A DNA stretch of 24,000 nucleotides from Minisyncoccia bacterium. Its GTDB lineage: Bacteria > Patescibacteriota > Minisyncoccia > Phycocordibacterales > UBA6065. The notes beneath the pieces were generated by a model, which was given only the letters and a program-made list of their open reading frames with translations, had not been told where the DNA came from and did not search any database. Shown here piece by piece: positions 13,897 through 21,969 of the stretch (position 1 is its first letter; every line of letters begins with the position of its first letter). A program made the position numbers and the translations under genes. The stretch lies in NCBI GenBank assembly GCA_044233485.1, contig JBIIJY010000005.1, forward strand, positions 26,815-50,814. Direction: 5' to 3'.

Positions 13897-14163
13897 ATGG
13901 CAATTACATCTTCAGCAAAGAAAGCACTCCGCGCTAGTGTACATAAGCGTGATTTCAACATTGCTCGTAAAGAGAAAATGAATGAAGCAGTTCGAGAAGT
14001 TCGAAAGCAGATCGCTCTTAAAGACGCAAAGAAGGCACAAGCCGCTCTCGCACTTGCATACAGTACTATTGATAAGGCGGCGAAGGGATATACGATCAAA
14101 TGGGGAACTGCTGATCGAAAGAAATCTCGATTGACTGCAGAAGTAAAGGCTCTCAAGAAATAA
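13897..14163 (+). CDS. rpsT: 30S ribosomal protein bS20
   Basis: 88 aa. MAITSSAKKALRAS..., Lys/Ala-rich, typical of S20. Confidence 0.9.
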   Translation: MAITSSAKKALRASVHKRDFNIARKEKMNEAVREVRKQIALKDAKKAQAALALAYSTIDKAAKGYTIKWGTADRKKSRLTAEVKALKK

Positions 14164-14166
14164 AAC

Positions 14167-14195
14167 AAAAAACCGCCATGGCGGTTTTTTGTTTT
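14167..14195. terminator. Bidirectional rho-independent terminator
   Basis: AAAAAACCGCcatgGCGGTTTTTT: an A-run, a GC stem and a T-run, immediately after the rpsT stop. Confidence 0.8.
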
Positions 14196-14272
14196 ATTTG
14201 CTAAAGTACTTTTTATTCCACTCGTCGTTCAATGGATAGGACGCAAGTTTGCGGAACTTGCAATAGAAGTTC

Positions 14273-14294
14273 GATTCTTCTCGAGTGGACAAGT
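14273..14294 (+). repeat. Left copy of a 22-bp perfect direct repeat flanking the radical SAM cassette
   Basis: GATTCTTCTCGAGTGGACAAGT, identical to 16394-16415. The sequence flanking the two copies is unrelated. Confidence 0.9.
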
Positions 14295-14354
14295 AATTAT
14301 TTCTCCTACGAGAGGAGACGCGGGGCGGCCATGTTGTAAACGAAATTATAAATA

Positions 14355-14383
14355 TTGACGAAATGCAAAATAAGTTGTAATTT
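14355..14383 (+). promoter_or_regulatory. Possible promoter of the radical SAM gene
   Basis: TTGACG (14355-14360), 17-nt spacer, TAATTT (14378-14383). It lies inside the repeat-bounded unit, 43 nt upstream of the ATG. Confidence 0.35.
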
Positions 14384-14425
14384 ATATCTGGATTTCCGAA
14401 ACCTAAACCCAGAAACGTCTTTGAA

Positions 14426-16276
14426 ATGAAATACTCAAAACTCGGGCTCGTCGCCCTCCTCATCGCCTCGATGTTTCGGGTGCAGACCTTTCAGACTGCC
14501 CCGATCCTTCCAGGTAATCCGAATCTGGTTGAATATGACCAGGCGCGGAACGTCTACATCGACAAGAATACATGGTTCGACAGCTGGACACTTGGTCTTC
14601 CTGATGATCATCCGATCCGCAAAAGTATGCGCGGTGGAGTAGAGTATCCGCCAGTTAAGAAAACTAGCGTAACATTCAATCCGCAACTTATTTTTCAGAA
14701 GAAGGAGCATGTCTGTGCGGCTGGAATAATGTTCATCACACAGAGCCAACGTAAGTCGCGTCGGCTCGTGCTGATCAATGTTGAACAGATGCTCAACGAG
14801 CAAACGGGAGACAATCGTCAGTATCGTGTATGGCCTCATCTTGGCCTCATCTTCGTTGGCACGGTCGCCGATGAAGAAGGTTATGAAGTAGTCATATGGG
14901 ATGAGTATGCTAAAGGATCAGCCCCCCTGGAACAACTCGTTCGCTCTGGTGACATCGTCGGACTCAGCCTTGTTGTTACTGGCATGGATCGCGGCGTCAC
15001 CCTAGCTCGCAAAGCGAAGGAACTCGGTGCTCAGTATGTAATCGCCGGTAACGACTCTGCGATCTTCCGTGCAAATCAAGTAATGGCTCTTCCTGATCAT
15101 CCGATCGATGCAGTCTTTACTAGCAATAGCCTTGCAGCCATTCGTAGGTTCTTCCGAGAAATCGGAGAAGATAACATCGGCCAGCTTCAAATCCCCGGTG
15201 TTCAAATCACCACAGGAGGAGAAGTTCGTTCAAATGAGCGTGATCGTCTTTTGTTCGAACTCAAAACTCGCAAAAGTGAAGGGTCTGATCAGGACGATGT
15301 CTTCGTAGTTCCAAAGCTCGAACTCTATCCTCATTGGGATGAGTTGTGGGCAAACTACCGAGCCACCTTTGGTCATAAGCACAGTAATCCTGATTCTGTG
15401 AAGAACGCAATCGCACTCTTTGCCCAGGGATGCACGCGCACTCGCGGGAGCGATGTTTGTAGCTACTGCACCATTGCAGGAGTTGCCGATATTCGCATTC
15501 TCTCAAGGGAGATGATGGCTCGTTCGGTCGAGGCCTACAATAACTTCGGTGTGGACACGGTGTTCAATACTACCGACAGCGCCTACGAAATGCACAAGGT
15601 CGTCAAAATGCTCCAGGAGCTTGGTGCTTCTTGGAAAGCGATGTCGATCTACGGCAGAGCACAAGGAATTGCTCGTAACCCACATCTGCTCGACGAGTGG
15701 CAGAAAGTCGCTACGGAGCGACTACTCATCAATGTCGGAATGGATTCCGGCAGCGACGACATGCTCCTCAAGGGCGTGGTCAAGTCATCGGTCGAAGGGT
15801 GCGGCAGCCGTCTCAACGAAAATCGAGAGGCGGTCAGACGCATTCAGAAAGCCGGTGCACATCTGCACTATTCCTTGATCTTCGGATCTCCAGGCGAGTC
15901 AAAGGAAACCTGCGAAAGCAGTATCCGATTTCTCGAATGGACAGTCGACACGCTCGGGCATCAGCTCGACATCTGTGAGACTGACATCTACTGGCTGAAC
16001 TTCGGTTCGCCAGCAAGTCGTGTGTTCCACGACTACAGTTATGCTCAGCGACTTGCTGGGCTGGCTGGGAAGTATATCTCTCAGGAGGAATGGCAATGCG
16101 AGTTCGTTCGCTATGCCAATGTACTCGTCGTTCCGATGAGTGTCGAAGAGTCGTGGTATCGCCACTTCACAAAGATCGATCTTGAAACCGCGCAGGCTTA
16201 CAATCAGCGAGCTACCGAGATCATGGTGAGACACACGGGGAGTATTCGTGGCAGAGCCTTTAGGCCGTCGGTTTAG
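14426..16276 (+). CDS. B12-binding-domain radical SAM protein with an atypical cluster motif
   Basis: 616 aa. A Rossmann-like B12-binding-type region (RRLVLINVEQ...HLGLIFVGTVADEEGYEVVIWDE...IVGLSLVV). Radical SAM core features GCTRTRGSDVCSYC (C336-x8-C345-x2-C348), NVGMDSGSDDML and LIFGSPGESKE. An unusual ~110-aa N-terminal extension begins with a signal-peptide-like MKYSKLGLVALLIASMF. The true start is uncertain. Confidence 0.75.
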   Translation: MKYSKLGLVALLIASMFRVQTFQTAPILPGNPNLVEYDQARNVYIDKNTWFDSWTLGLPDDHPIRKSMRGGVEYPPVKKTSVTFNPQLIFQKKEHVCAAGIMFITQSQRKSRRLVLINVEQMLNEQTGDNRQYRVWPHLGLIFVGTVADEEGYEVVIWDEYAKGSAPLEQLVRSGDIVGLSLVVTGMDRGVTLARKAKELGAQYVIAGNDSAIFRANQVMALPDHPIDAVFTSNSLAAIRRFFREIGEDNIGQLQIPGVQITTGGEVRSNERDRLLFELKTRKSEGSDQDDVFVVPKLELYPHWDELWANYRATFGHKHSNPDSVKNAIALFAQGCTRTRGSDVCSYCTIAGVADIRILSREMMARSVEAYNNFGVDTVFNTTDSAYEMHKVVKMLQELGASWKAMSIYGRAQGIARNPHLLDEWQKVATERLLINVGMDSGSDDMLLKGVVKSSVEGCGSRLNENREAVRRIQKAGAHLHYSLIFGSPGESKETCESSIRFLEWTVDTLGHQLDICETDIYWLNFGSPASRVFHDYSYAQRLAGLAGKYISQEEWQCEFVRYANVLVVPMSVEESWYRHFTKIDLETAQAYNQRATEIMVRHTGSIRGRAFRPSV

Positions 16277-16301
16277 CTGGGAGCTCATTCGTAAAAACAC
16301 C

Positions 16302-16335
16302 AGGCCCTCGATGATGAATCGGGGGTCTGTTTTAT
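16302..16335 (+). terminator. Rho-independent terminator of the radical SAM gene
   Basis: AGGCCCTCGAT-gatga-ATCGGGGGTCT (11 bp including two G-U pairs) followed by GTTTTAT. Confidence 0.6.
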
Positions 16336-16393
16336 ACTTATGATCCCATAAAAAATCTTGGCAGCAGATTAAGTAGCCACTCCCGCATGGAGA

Positions 16394-16415
16394 GATTCTT
16401 CTCGAGTGGACAAGT
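16394..16415 (+). repeat. Right copy of the 22-bp perfect direct repeat
   Basis: GATTCTTCTCGAGTGGACAAGT, identical to 14273-14294 and 2121 nt from it. It lies 5 nt beyond the stop of the minus-strand gene 16421-16879. Confidence 0.9.
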
Positions 16416-16420
16416 TACTG

Positions 16421-16879
16421 TTAGAACCCCCAGTGCTCGAGAATTTTGTGAAGCACTGGCTCTCGAACATCAGCTTCTTTGGTGAGGGTGAGCATGACCG
16501 TCTTTACTCGGTCGGGGTGAGTATTTTCGATAACTACTGTGCGTACAGGAAAGAGGGTTCGTTTGATTTGAACATGAAGTTTGTATGCGCCACTATGCGC
16601 TTCGTCTTCGATACAAAAGCCATCAATATGAGCCCGCGGATAAAATTCTTCATTAATCTGTAATCCTTGTTTTGTAATTTGGATTTTCGTTGAACGTTCG
16701 CCAGAGAGCGCGATGGCGACAACGACCAGTGTTCCAAGAAGTACCACTACTCCAAACGAAACATTTCCAAGGAGAATTGCCGCTAGAGCTCCAGAAAAGC
16801 CGACAATGAGAACTGAGATGTACCAGTCTTTGCTACGTTCTTTTCGTGCGGGCGTGTGAATCCATTCGAGTAAAAGCAT
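16421..16879 (-). CDS. Hypothetical membrane protein
   Basis: 152 aa. Two N-terminal TM helices (WYISVLIVGFSGALAAILLG; VVVLLGTLVVVAIAL) followed by a ~90-aa soluble domain. No recognisable family. Confidence 0.6.
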   Translation of the reverse strand: MLLLEWIHTPARKERSKDWYISVLIVGFSGALAAILLGNVSFGVVVLLGTLVVVAIALSGERSTKIQITKQGLQINEEFYPRAHIDGFCIEDEAHSGAYKLHVQIKRTLFPVRTVVIENTHPDRVKTVMLTLTKEADVREPVLHKILEHWGF

Positions 16880-16934
16880 ACCTTTATCCTAGCATGTAAA
16901 TAAAACACTCAAATTACTCGTGGGAAAATAAAAG

Positions 16935-16970
16935 CCCCGCCAAGAGACCTGGGGGGGTCTCTTGGCGGGG
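16935..16970. terminator. Strong hairpin / bidirectional terminator
   Basis: CCCCGCCAAGAGACC-tggggg-GGTCTCTTGGCGGGG, a 15-bp perfect stem. It is preceded by an A-rich run (ATAAAAG) on the plus strand, between the ends of two same-strand (minus) genes. Confidence 0.7.
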
Positions 16971-16976
16971 TGATCT

Positions 16977-17852
16977 TCAAGGATTCTTGATCCTGACGAG
17001 TCCTACAAGGCTCGCAAGCCAAATGGTGATTCCGGTGGGGTCAAAAATTTTCTCCCACCATGTCCACGCTTGCCACGCACGGCTTTGATACTTGTGATGA
17101 TTGTTGTGCCAACCTTCACCAAGCGTGAGCAGCGCAAGTAAAAGTGAATTCTTACTGCTGTCGTTTGTATCGAATCGGCGTCTGCCGATCCGGTGAGCAA
17201 GGCTGTTGATGCAGAACGTTCCGTGCCACAAGAGCACAGTCGAAAGAAACATGCCACAGACGACAGCGTGAGCGCCGTCAGCGAGAAAGCTTCCGTGTCC
17301 GGCAATCTGAGTCGCCCCGCCGAAGCAGAAGTAGACAATCCCCAGGAATAGCCCACCAATGAGGTGGTTTTTCTCAAACCACATGACCGAGGGTTTCTTG
17401 AGCCAGTCACGAACTTTTTCAGTGACTGTTTCGTCACACTCATCTTCCAGTATCCAACCGGCGTGACAATGCCACATGCCAGTCTGGCAGGAGTGTGGGT
17501 CGAGTGAGGTATCAGAGTGCTGATGATGCACTCGATGATGAGAACCCCACCATAGCACTCCTTTCTGAAGGCAGGTAGTGAAGGAAAAAGCCATCACCGG
17601 CTCGGCAATCTTTTCAAGCCATTTCCATCGCCACTTGTAGCTTTTATGAGCAAAGTAACGATGGGCGAAACAGGTGACAAACCACATGCGGATGTAGTAG
17701 CCCAGGACGATACTTAGGATCAAACCCGTCGAGAACGGTGTGGGCGCAAAGAGAAACGCCCACACCACTCCGATGAGTGCGAGTGCGTGCACGGCAATAA
17801 ATGCCTGCACACCGAATGATTTCCAGCGTATTTTTTGTAGGTTCATGGTCAA
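16977..17852 (-). CDS. Membrane fatty-acid (acyl-CoA/acyl-lipid, delta-9-type) desaturase
   Basis: 291 aa. Three histidine boxes in the canonical order, HRYFAH, HRVHHQHSD and HNNHHKY, with hydrophobic segments between them. Confidence 0.85.
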   Translation of the reverse strand: MTMNLQKIRWKSFGVQAFIAVHALALIGVVWAFLFAPTPFSTGLILSIVLGYYIRMWFVTCFAHRYFAHKSYKWRWKWLEKIAEPVMAFSFTTCLQKGVLWWGSHHRVHHQHSDTSLDPHSCQTGMWHCHAGWILEDECDETVTEKVRDWLKKPSVMWFEKNHLIGGLFLGIVYFCFGGATQIAGHGSFLADGAHAVVCGMFLSTVLLWHGTFCINSLAHRIGRRRFDTNDSSKNSLLLALLTLGEGWHNNHHKYQSRAWQAWTWWEKIFDPTGITIWLASLVGLVRIKNP

Positions 17853-17925
17853 AATTCATGTTTAGACACATCATGTATCCAAACTCTCCCTGTAGTGTAG
17901 CAGATTAAGGGTGTTGTAAACATGC

Positions 17926-17956
17926 AAAAAACCCTGTGAAAATCACAGGGTTTTTT
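17926..17956. terminator. Bidirectional rho-independent terminator
   Basis: AAAAAACCCTGTGA-aaa-TCACAGGGTTTTTT, downstream of the SPFH gene (minus strand). Confidence 0.75.
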
Positions 17957-17976
17957 GGAAAAAAGTGGGTGTTAGC

Positions 17977-18729
17977 CTAGCTTTTATTCTTCAAGAAACC
18001 AGTGACTGCCTGAAGAGTCTCAAGAGGAAGGGTAAATACAACGGTATTTGATTGGTCCGATGAAATATCGTTGATTGACTGGAGGGTACGTAGATGAAGT
18101 GCGCCTGGGACAGCCGAGAGGACTTTGGCTGCTTCAGCCATGTTCTGTGAAGCCGCGAGCTCACCTTCAGAAGTGATGATCACTGCACGCTTCTCTCGCT
18201 CTGCCTCTGCTTGCTTGGCGATTGTGCGCTCCATATTTTCTGGAAGCTTTACATCTTTGAGTTCTACACTTGAGACATCGATGCCCCAGTTTGCTGAGAC
18301 AACCTCGACAAGCTCTTCAATACGAGTAGCGACACGGTCTCGACTGGCGAGAAGTTCATCAAGAGTGACCTCACCAACGACATTTCGCATAGTGGTCTGT
18401 GCATACTGCATGATCGCGAGCTGGAAGTGCTCAATTTCAAGAATCGCTTTCTCAGCACTGGCAACTTTGTAATAAATAACCGCATTTACATTCACGGGCA
18501 CATTATCTTTCGTAATCGCATTCTGGTCGGGTACATCGACGGCTTTCGTACGAAGGTCGATTACTTGGTACGACTGAAAGACGGGGATGACGATTCTCCA
18601 GCCAGGTTCCATGACCTTGTGGAATTTACCAAACATGAATTTAACTCCGCGCTCATACTGATTGATCTGACGAATTGAAATCAGAATAATGAATATGACA
18701 GCAGCCAGGACAATGATAGGGAGGGACAT
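17977..18729 (-). CDS. SPFH/band-7 (stomatin/prohibitin-like) membrane protein
   Basis: 250 aa. N-terminal TM helix, then the SPFH core (QYERGVKFMFGKF..., ITKDNVPVNVNAVIYYKV) and an AEAEREKRA coiled-coil segment. Confidence 0.85.
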   Translation of the reverse strand: MSLPIIVLAAVIFIILISIRQINQYERGVKFMFGKFHKVMEPGWRIVIPVFQSYQVIDLRTKAVDVPDQNAITKDNVPVNVNAVIYYKVASAEKAILEIEHFQLAIMQYAQTTMRNVVGEVTLDELLASRDRVATRIEELVEVVSANWGIDVSSVELKDVKLPENMERTIAKQAEAEREKRAVIITSEGELAASQNMAEAAKVLSAVPGALHLRTLQSINDISSDQSNTVVFTLPLETLQAVTGFLKNKS

Positions 18730-18987
18730 ATTTTTATATTACTTAGTAATACGTTAATCCTACAGGTGAGTGTTGGAAAATCAAGGTGAGTGTATTGATA
18801 GGGTAGGTTCTCTGTGATATTTGCCGAAATTCAGCTACAGTGATAATGTTTTTTTGGACCAAGTTTTATCTTGATAGTTGTCCAGCTAACCTTTTACTGG
18901 GAGAAAACATTGAACTCAAATACGAAGGCTAACCGCCATGCCTTTCCTGGTATTGGCGCAACACCCTTTGATCCTTCAGGAGATTTT

Positions 18988-19455
18988 ATGTGGGGTTTTA
19001 AAGGACCGACAGAATCCTTGAGGTGTATCATTGAATCAGATAACCGACTGCTCGCCGAGCTTGGGGTGACTCACGAACAGATTGCCTCAGTTATCGACGC
19101 AATTTTCGCATCGGACGAGGATCAATTCTGCGGTTGTCCGATGGTTCGATGGGAAAACATCCACAGCCCGATTTGTCCTTGGGGTGATTTCTGCACCAGA
19201 TCTTGTTTTGACCTCACTGTAGCGGTAACAGAAATCTGGCTTGTGAATCCCTGGCGTGTTGCCGAGGTGCAAACTTATTTGAAAGGGGTCACTAAACGAG
19301 TCTATCCAATCAATGATCTGAAAATGCTTGTAGATAATGAGTGGGTTATGGTCTTCTCAGACCTACACCCTCACCTTATCCGCGAACATCATTTCTTTGA
19401 AGGACTCGAGACGCCCTACCGAGTCCATCCAAGAAAAATGGCACGAATGATCTGA
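18988..19455 (+). CDS. Hypothetical Cys/His-rich protein
   Basis: I set the start at ATG 18988 (MWGFKG...), preceded by SD AGGAG (18978-18982) with a 5-nt spacer. The ORF-track TTG start at 18871 is unsupported. It contains CGCP...CPWGDFC...C and HPHLIREHH clusters, which suggest metal binding. No family recognised. Confidence 0.55.
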   Translation: MWGFKGPTESLRCIIESDNRLLAELGVTHEQIASVIDAIFASDEDQFCGCPMVRWENIHSPICPWGDFCTRSCFDLTVAVTEIWLVNPWRVAEVQTYLKGVTKRVYPINDLKMLVDNEWVMVFSDLHPHLIREHHFFEGLETPYRVHPRKMARMI

Positions 19456-19457
19456 AT

Positions 19458-19492
19458 AATCCCACCTACTAGCGCAGGCGAACGGTGGGATT
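19458..19492. terminator. Hairpin between convergent genes
   Basis: AATCCCACC-(17-nt loop)-GGTGGGATT followed by TATTTATT. Its 3' arm overlaps the stop of the LysE-family gene. Confidence 0.45.
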
Positions 19493-20124
19493 TATTTATT
19501 GCTCGACAAAGCAACTTTGATTCCAAGGCCGATCAGAGCCGCTCCAGTTACTCTCTCGATATAATGCTGAAACTTGCTGACCTTTGTTTTGATTAAACTA
19601 TTTGAAAAAAGAATTGAGACAATCGAGAACCATACAAATGTAATCGCCATCATTTGAAATCCATATAATAATTGAATAGATTTTGGGGTAAGAGGATCAA
19701 TTACTTGCGTAAAAAGGGCAAGGAAGAAAAGTGTCGCTTTCGGATTGAGAACATTGGTAAGAAAACCAGTCCACAGGGCTGATCCAATGTTGATATCTTT
19801 CGTAGTTCGATTAGATGCCTCTTCAGATCCTGTATTTGCAGGTTTAGCTGTTAATGATTTATATCCGATAAAAATAAGATATCCAGCACCGATAAATTTT
19901 ATGATATTAAAAAGGAGAATGGATTTTGAAATAATCAAACCGATCCCCAGAAGGGAATATGCAACATGAACAGAAATACCTAAAGCAATTCCGAGGGAGG
20001 TATATACGGCTATCTTTCGTGAATAGATAAGGCTGTTGCGGGCGACTATCGCAAAGTCTGGCCCTGGACTCATAACGGCAAGTAAGTGAACTACAGCTAC
20101 AGTCAGCAATTGAGTAATAAACAT
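19492..20124 (-). CDS. LysE/RhtB-family amino-acid exporter
   Basis: 210 aa, about 6 TM helices. The N-terminal LAVMSPGPDF motif is typical of the LysE/RhtB family. Confidence 0.8.
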   Translation of the reverse strand: MFITQLLTVAVVHLLAVMSPGPDFAIVARNSLIYSRKIAVYTSLGIALGISVHVAYSLLGIGLIISKSILLFNIIKFIGAGYLIFIGYKSLTAKPANTGSEEASNRTTKDINIGSALWTGFLTNVLNPKATLFFLALFTQVIDPLTPKSIQLLYGFQMMAITFVWFSIVSILFSNSLIKTKVSKFQHYIERVTGAALIGLGIKVALSSNK

Positions 20125-20285
20125 TACAGTGAATATTAGCTGAATTTGTATATAAAGGCTAGTAGTTGCTCCCTAACACAACTCGCCAAACAGGCGGGCT
20201 ATGCTGTGCGGGTTCAGTATCTGGATGATAAGAGGGTGTAAGGCTATTCAAAAGGAATTTTGCTAGCCCATTTGAAGTACCCAGA

Positions 20286-20540
20286 TCACCTACTTTTTGT
20301 AAGCTTTGCGAGTCTAAATACGATAAGAATCGTGCAGACAATGAAAAGCGCTACAGCAACGATAGCCACGCCCAAATCAACCCATCCATAACAAGGAAAA
20401 GAGGTAATTGGATCTTGAACGCAAGGAAAAGAAGAGTTGACCAACTCCCCAAAAGTTCTTGCCGAATTTGCTAAATTAAAAGCAACCCCGCTCAATACTG
20501 CTCCGATTACTGGGATGTATAATTTTTTTAAATAATTCAT
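20286..20540 (-). CDS. Small hypothetical membrane protein
   Basis: 84 aa. An N-terminal and a C-terminal TM helix flank a Cys-containing loop (FPCVQDPITSFPCYGW). Confidence 0.45.
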   Translation of the reverse strand: MNYLKKLYIPVIGAVLSGVAFNLANSARTFGELVNSSFPCVQDPITSFPCYGWVDLGVAIVAVALFIVCTILIVFRLAKLTKSR

Positions 20541-20563
20541 AAATCTATTTTAACATTTTACCT

Positions 20564-20604
20564 AAAATCAAAATCCACCAGTTACGGTGGATTAGATTTT
20601 GCGG
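20564..20604 (-). repeat. Terminator-like hairpin repeat, copy A
   Basis: AAAATCAAAATCCACCaGTTACGGTGGATTAGATTTtGCGG matches 21970-22010 at 39 of 41 positions. On the minus strand it is a hairpin followed by UUUUGAUUUU. Confidence 0.8.
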
Positions 20605-20702
20605 GCATCATGGGTTCAGCACTAGGACGGTGAGACGCCATAAGGATATTTTAGCCGGTTTTTTGAGGTCTAATTGAGGTGTGTGGGTCAGGGTCAAGAG
20701 TA

Positions 20703-21134
20703 CTAAAAGGAAACAATATATGGAGATGTAGTACTTGATTCAATAAATTCCTTTAGTGCCTTAGTTTTTGTTCCTCCATCGTCACTCTTCAAAATAATTT
20801 CTAACTTAGGCAAGATCGTTTCTGAGGCAGCTTGCATAGCCACTTCATCATTTGTAACTTCTGGATGTCTCTCTTTAAAATATTGCAAACCTTGCTGTAT
20901 AGAAATATAAGTTACAGATTTTACCTCTATCCGACTTTCAAGAGAAGCCTTAAGGCTTAGTATGGTTGATTCAGGTGTATCTTTTTTAAATGCAACATGT
21001 CTAGTAAGCATTTCTTTATTAAATGAATTTACTCCGGATGCGGTATCTTTTAAAAACACAGCATCTTTATACACATAAATTCCAGCACCGATGAGTAGCA
21101 GAACGATTATTGAAACTATAGTCTTTTTATTCAT
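20703..21134 (-). CDS. Hypothetical membrane-anchored protein
   Basis: 143 aa. N-terminal TM helix (IVSIIVLLLIGAGIYVY). The soluble part (VKSVTYISIQQGLQYFKERHPE) faintly recalls FtsX-type extracytoplasmic domains, but I make no firm call. Confidence 0.5.
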   Translation of the reverse strand: MNKKTIVSIIVLLLIGAGIYVYKDAVFLKDTASGVNSFNKEMLTRHVAFKKDTPESTILSLKASLESRIEVKSVTYISIQQGLQYFKERHPEVTNDEVAMQAASETILPKLEIILKSDDGGTKTKALKEFIESSTTSPYIVSF

Positions 21135-21452
21135 AAGGATAACTTAACTTAAATCTGATGCTTTGTGTAGTGAAGGTGGATGAGTCGCCCCACGGTCATA
21201 GGTACTCAGGTTATGCTGATACCAAGTTCTTAATGCGGACTACTCAGGTTTCAAACTATTGAGATGAGACCCTATAGGGGGTATCTTAGCAGATTTTTCA
21301 TATCCATTCCGATGCTTACGCATGGGTTTCGGCTTTTCCCTGATTTGAGTAAGGATAGAGGATTTAAAGCTTATTGACATAAGTAACTATGTATGTTAAT
21401 AACATTATAGATATATAAACGTAGAAACAACCAACAAGAAAGGAGCCACTTC

Positions 21453-21737
21453 GTGCCCATAGCAGCGAGAAGTCAAAAAGTCACGAGAAGCCATAGAACA
21501 CTGACAGAAACATCCGCGGAAGTTGCCTCCATCCTAGATAAACTGGAAGCAGTTTCTAAAATCAGCCTTGGTAGCATACGCCATGTCCCGGGTGGAAGAA
21601 GGGATGTAAAATTCCACTCAATGACAGGCGGCATCAAAGTTGTGGTTCGGGGCAACGGCGCAGTGCATGATTTGTATGTCTACACGACCGAACCCGAGAT
21701 GGTTAGACAACAGCTTGAAGAGAAATTTGCTAAGTGA
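21453..21737 (+). CDS. Hypothetical protein
   Basis: 94 aa. GTG start preceded by SD AAAGGAG (21440-21446) with a 6-nt spacer. An upstream TTGACA ... TAATAA promoter-like pair. No family recognised. Confidence 0.5.
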   Translation: MPIAARSQKVTRSHRTLTETSAEVASILDKLEAVSKISLGSIRHVPGGRRDVKFHSMTGGIKVVVRGNGAVHDLYVYTTEPEMVRQQLEEKFAK

Positions 21738-21747
21738 TTCTTATTGG

Positions 21748-21783
21748 GCCGCATCAGTAAATGGTGCGGCTCTTCTGTTATTT
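21748..21783 (+). terminator. Rho-independent terminator
   Basis: GCCGCA-(11-nt loop)-TGCGGC followed by TCTTCTGTTATTT, 10 nt after the stop at 21737. Confidence 0.5.
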
Positions 21784-21969
21784 AATTGCTTTTACAAAAG
21801 ACAGAGTCATCAATATAGTCCGATGCTAAAACCCAAGCACGGAGGAGCGGTGAGAATTTCTCCCTCGACTAAAATTACACCGGCACTCAAATTTTTTATT
21901 ACTACAACAAATATACTCCGTCGTTCGAATCTCACAGAGAAGTGCATTGAGCACTTCCTCTCCTTGCTC

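Noticed and set aside
14194-14463. 89-aa minus-strand ORF upstream of the radical SAM gene
   Set aside because: It spans the 22-bp repeat and the promoter-like region and overlaps the radical SAM start. It has no SD and a low-complexity translation, so it is probably non-coding.
21924-21935. 12-nt match to the tRNA-Ser T arm (TTCGAATCTCAC) on the plus strand; possible tRNA pseudogene
   Set aside because: The flanks show no acceptor, D or anticodon arm, so it is not a tRNA gene. I kept it only as a weak supporting note for the repeat finding. It could be chance, because the T loop is near-universal.
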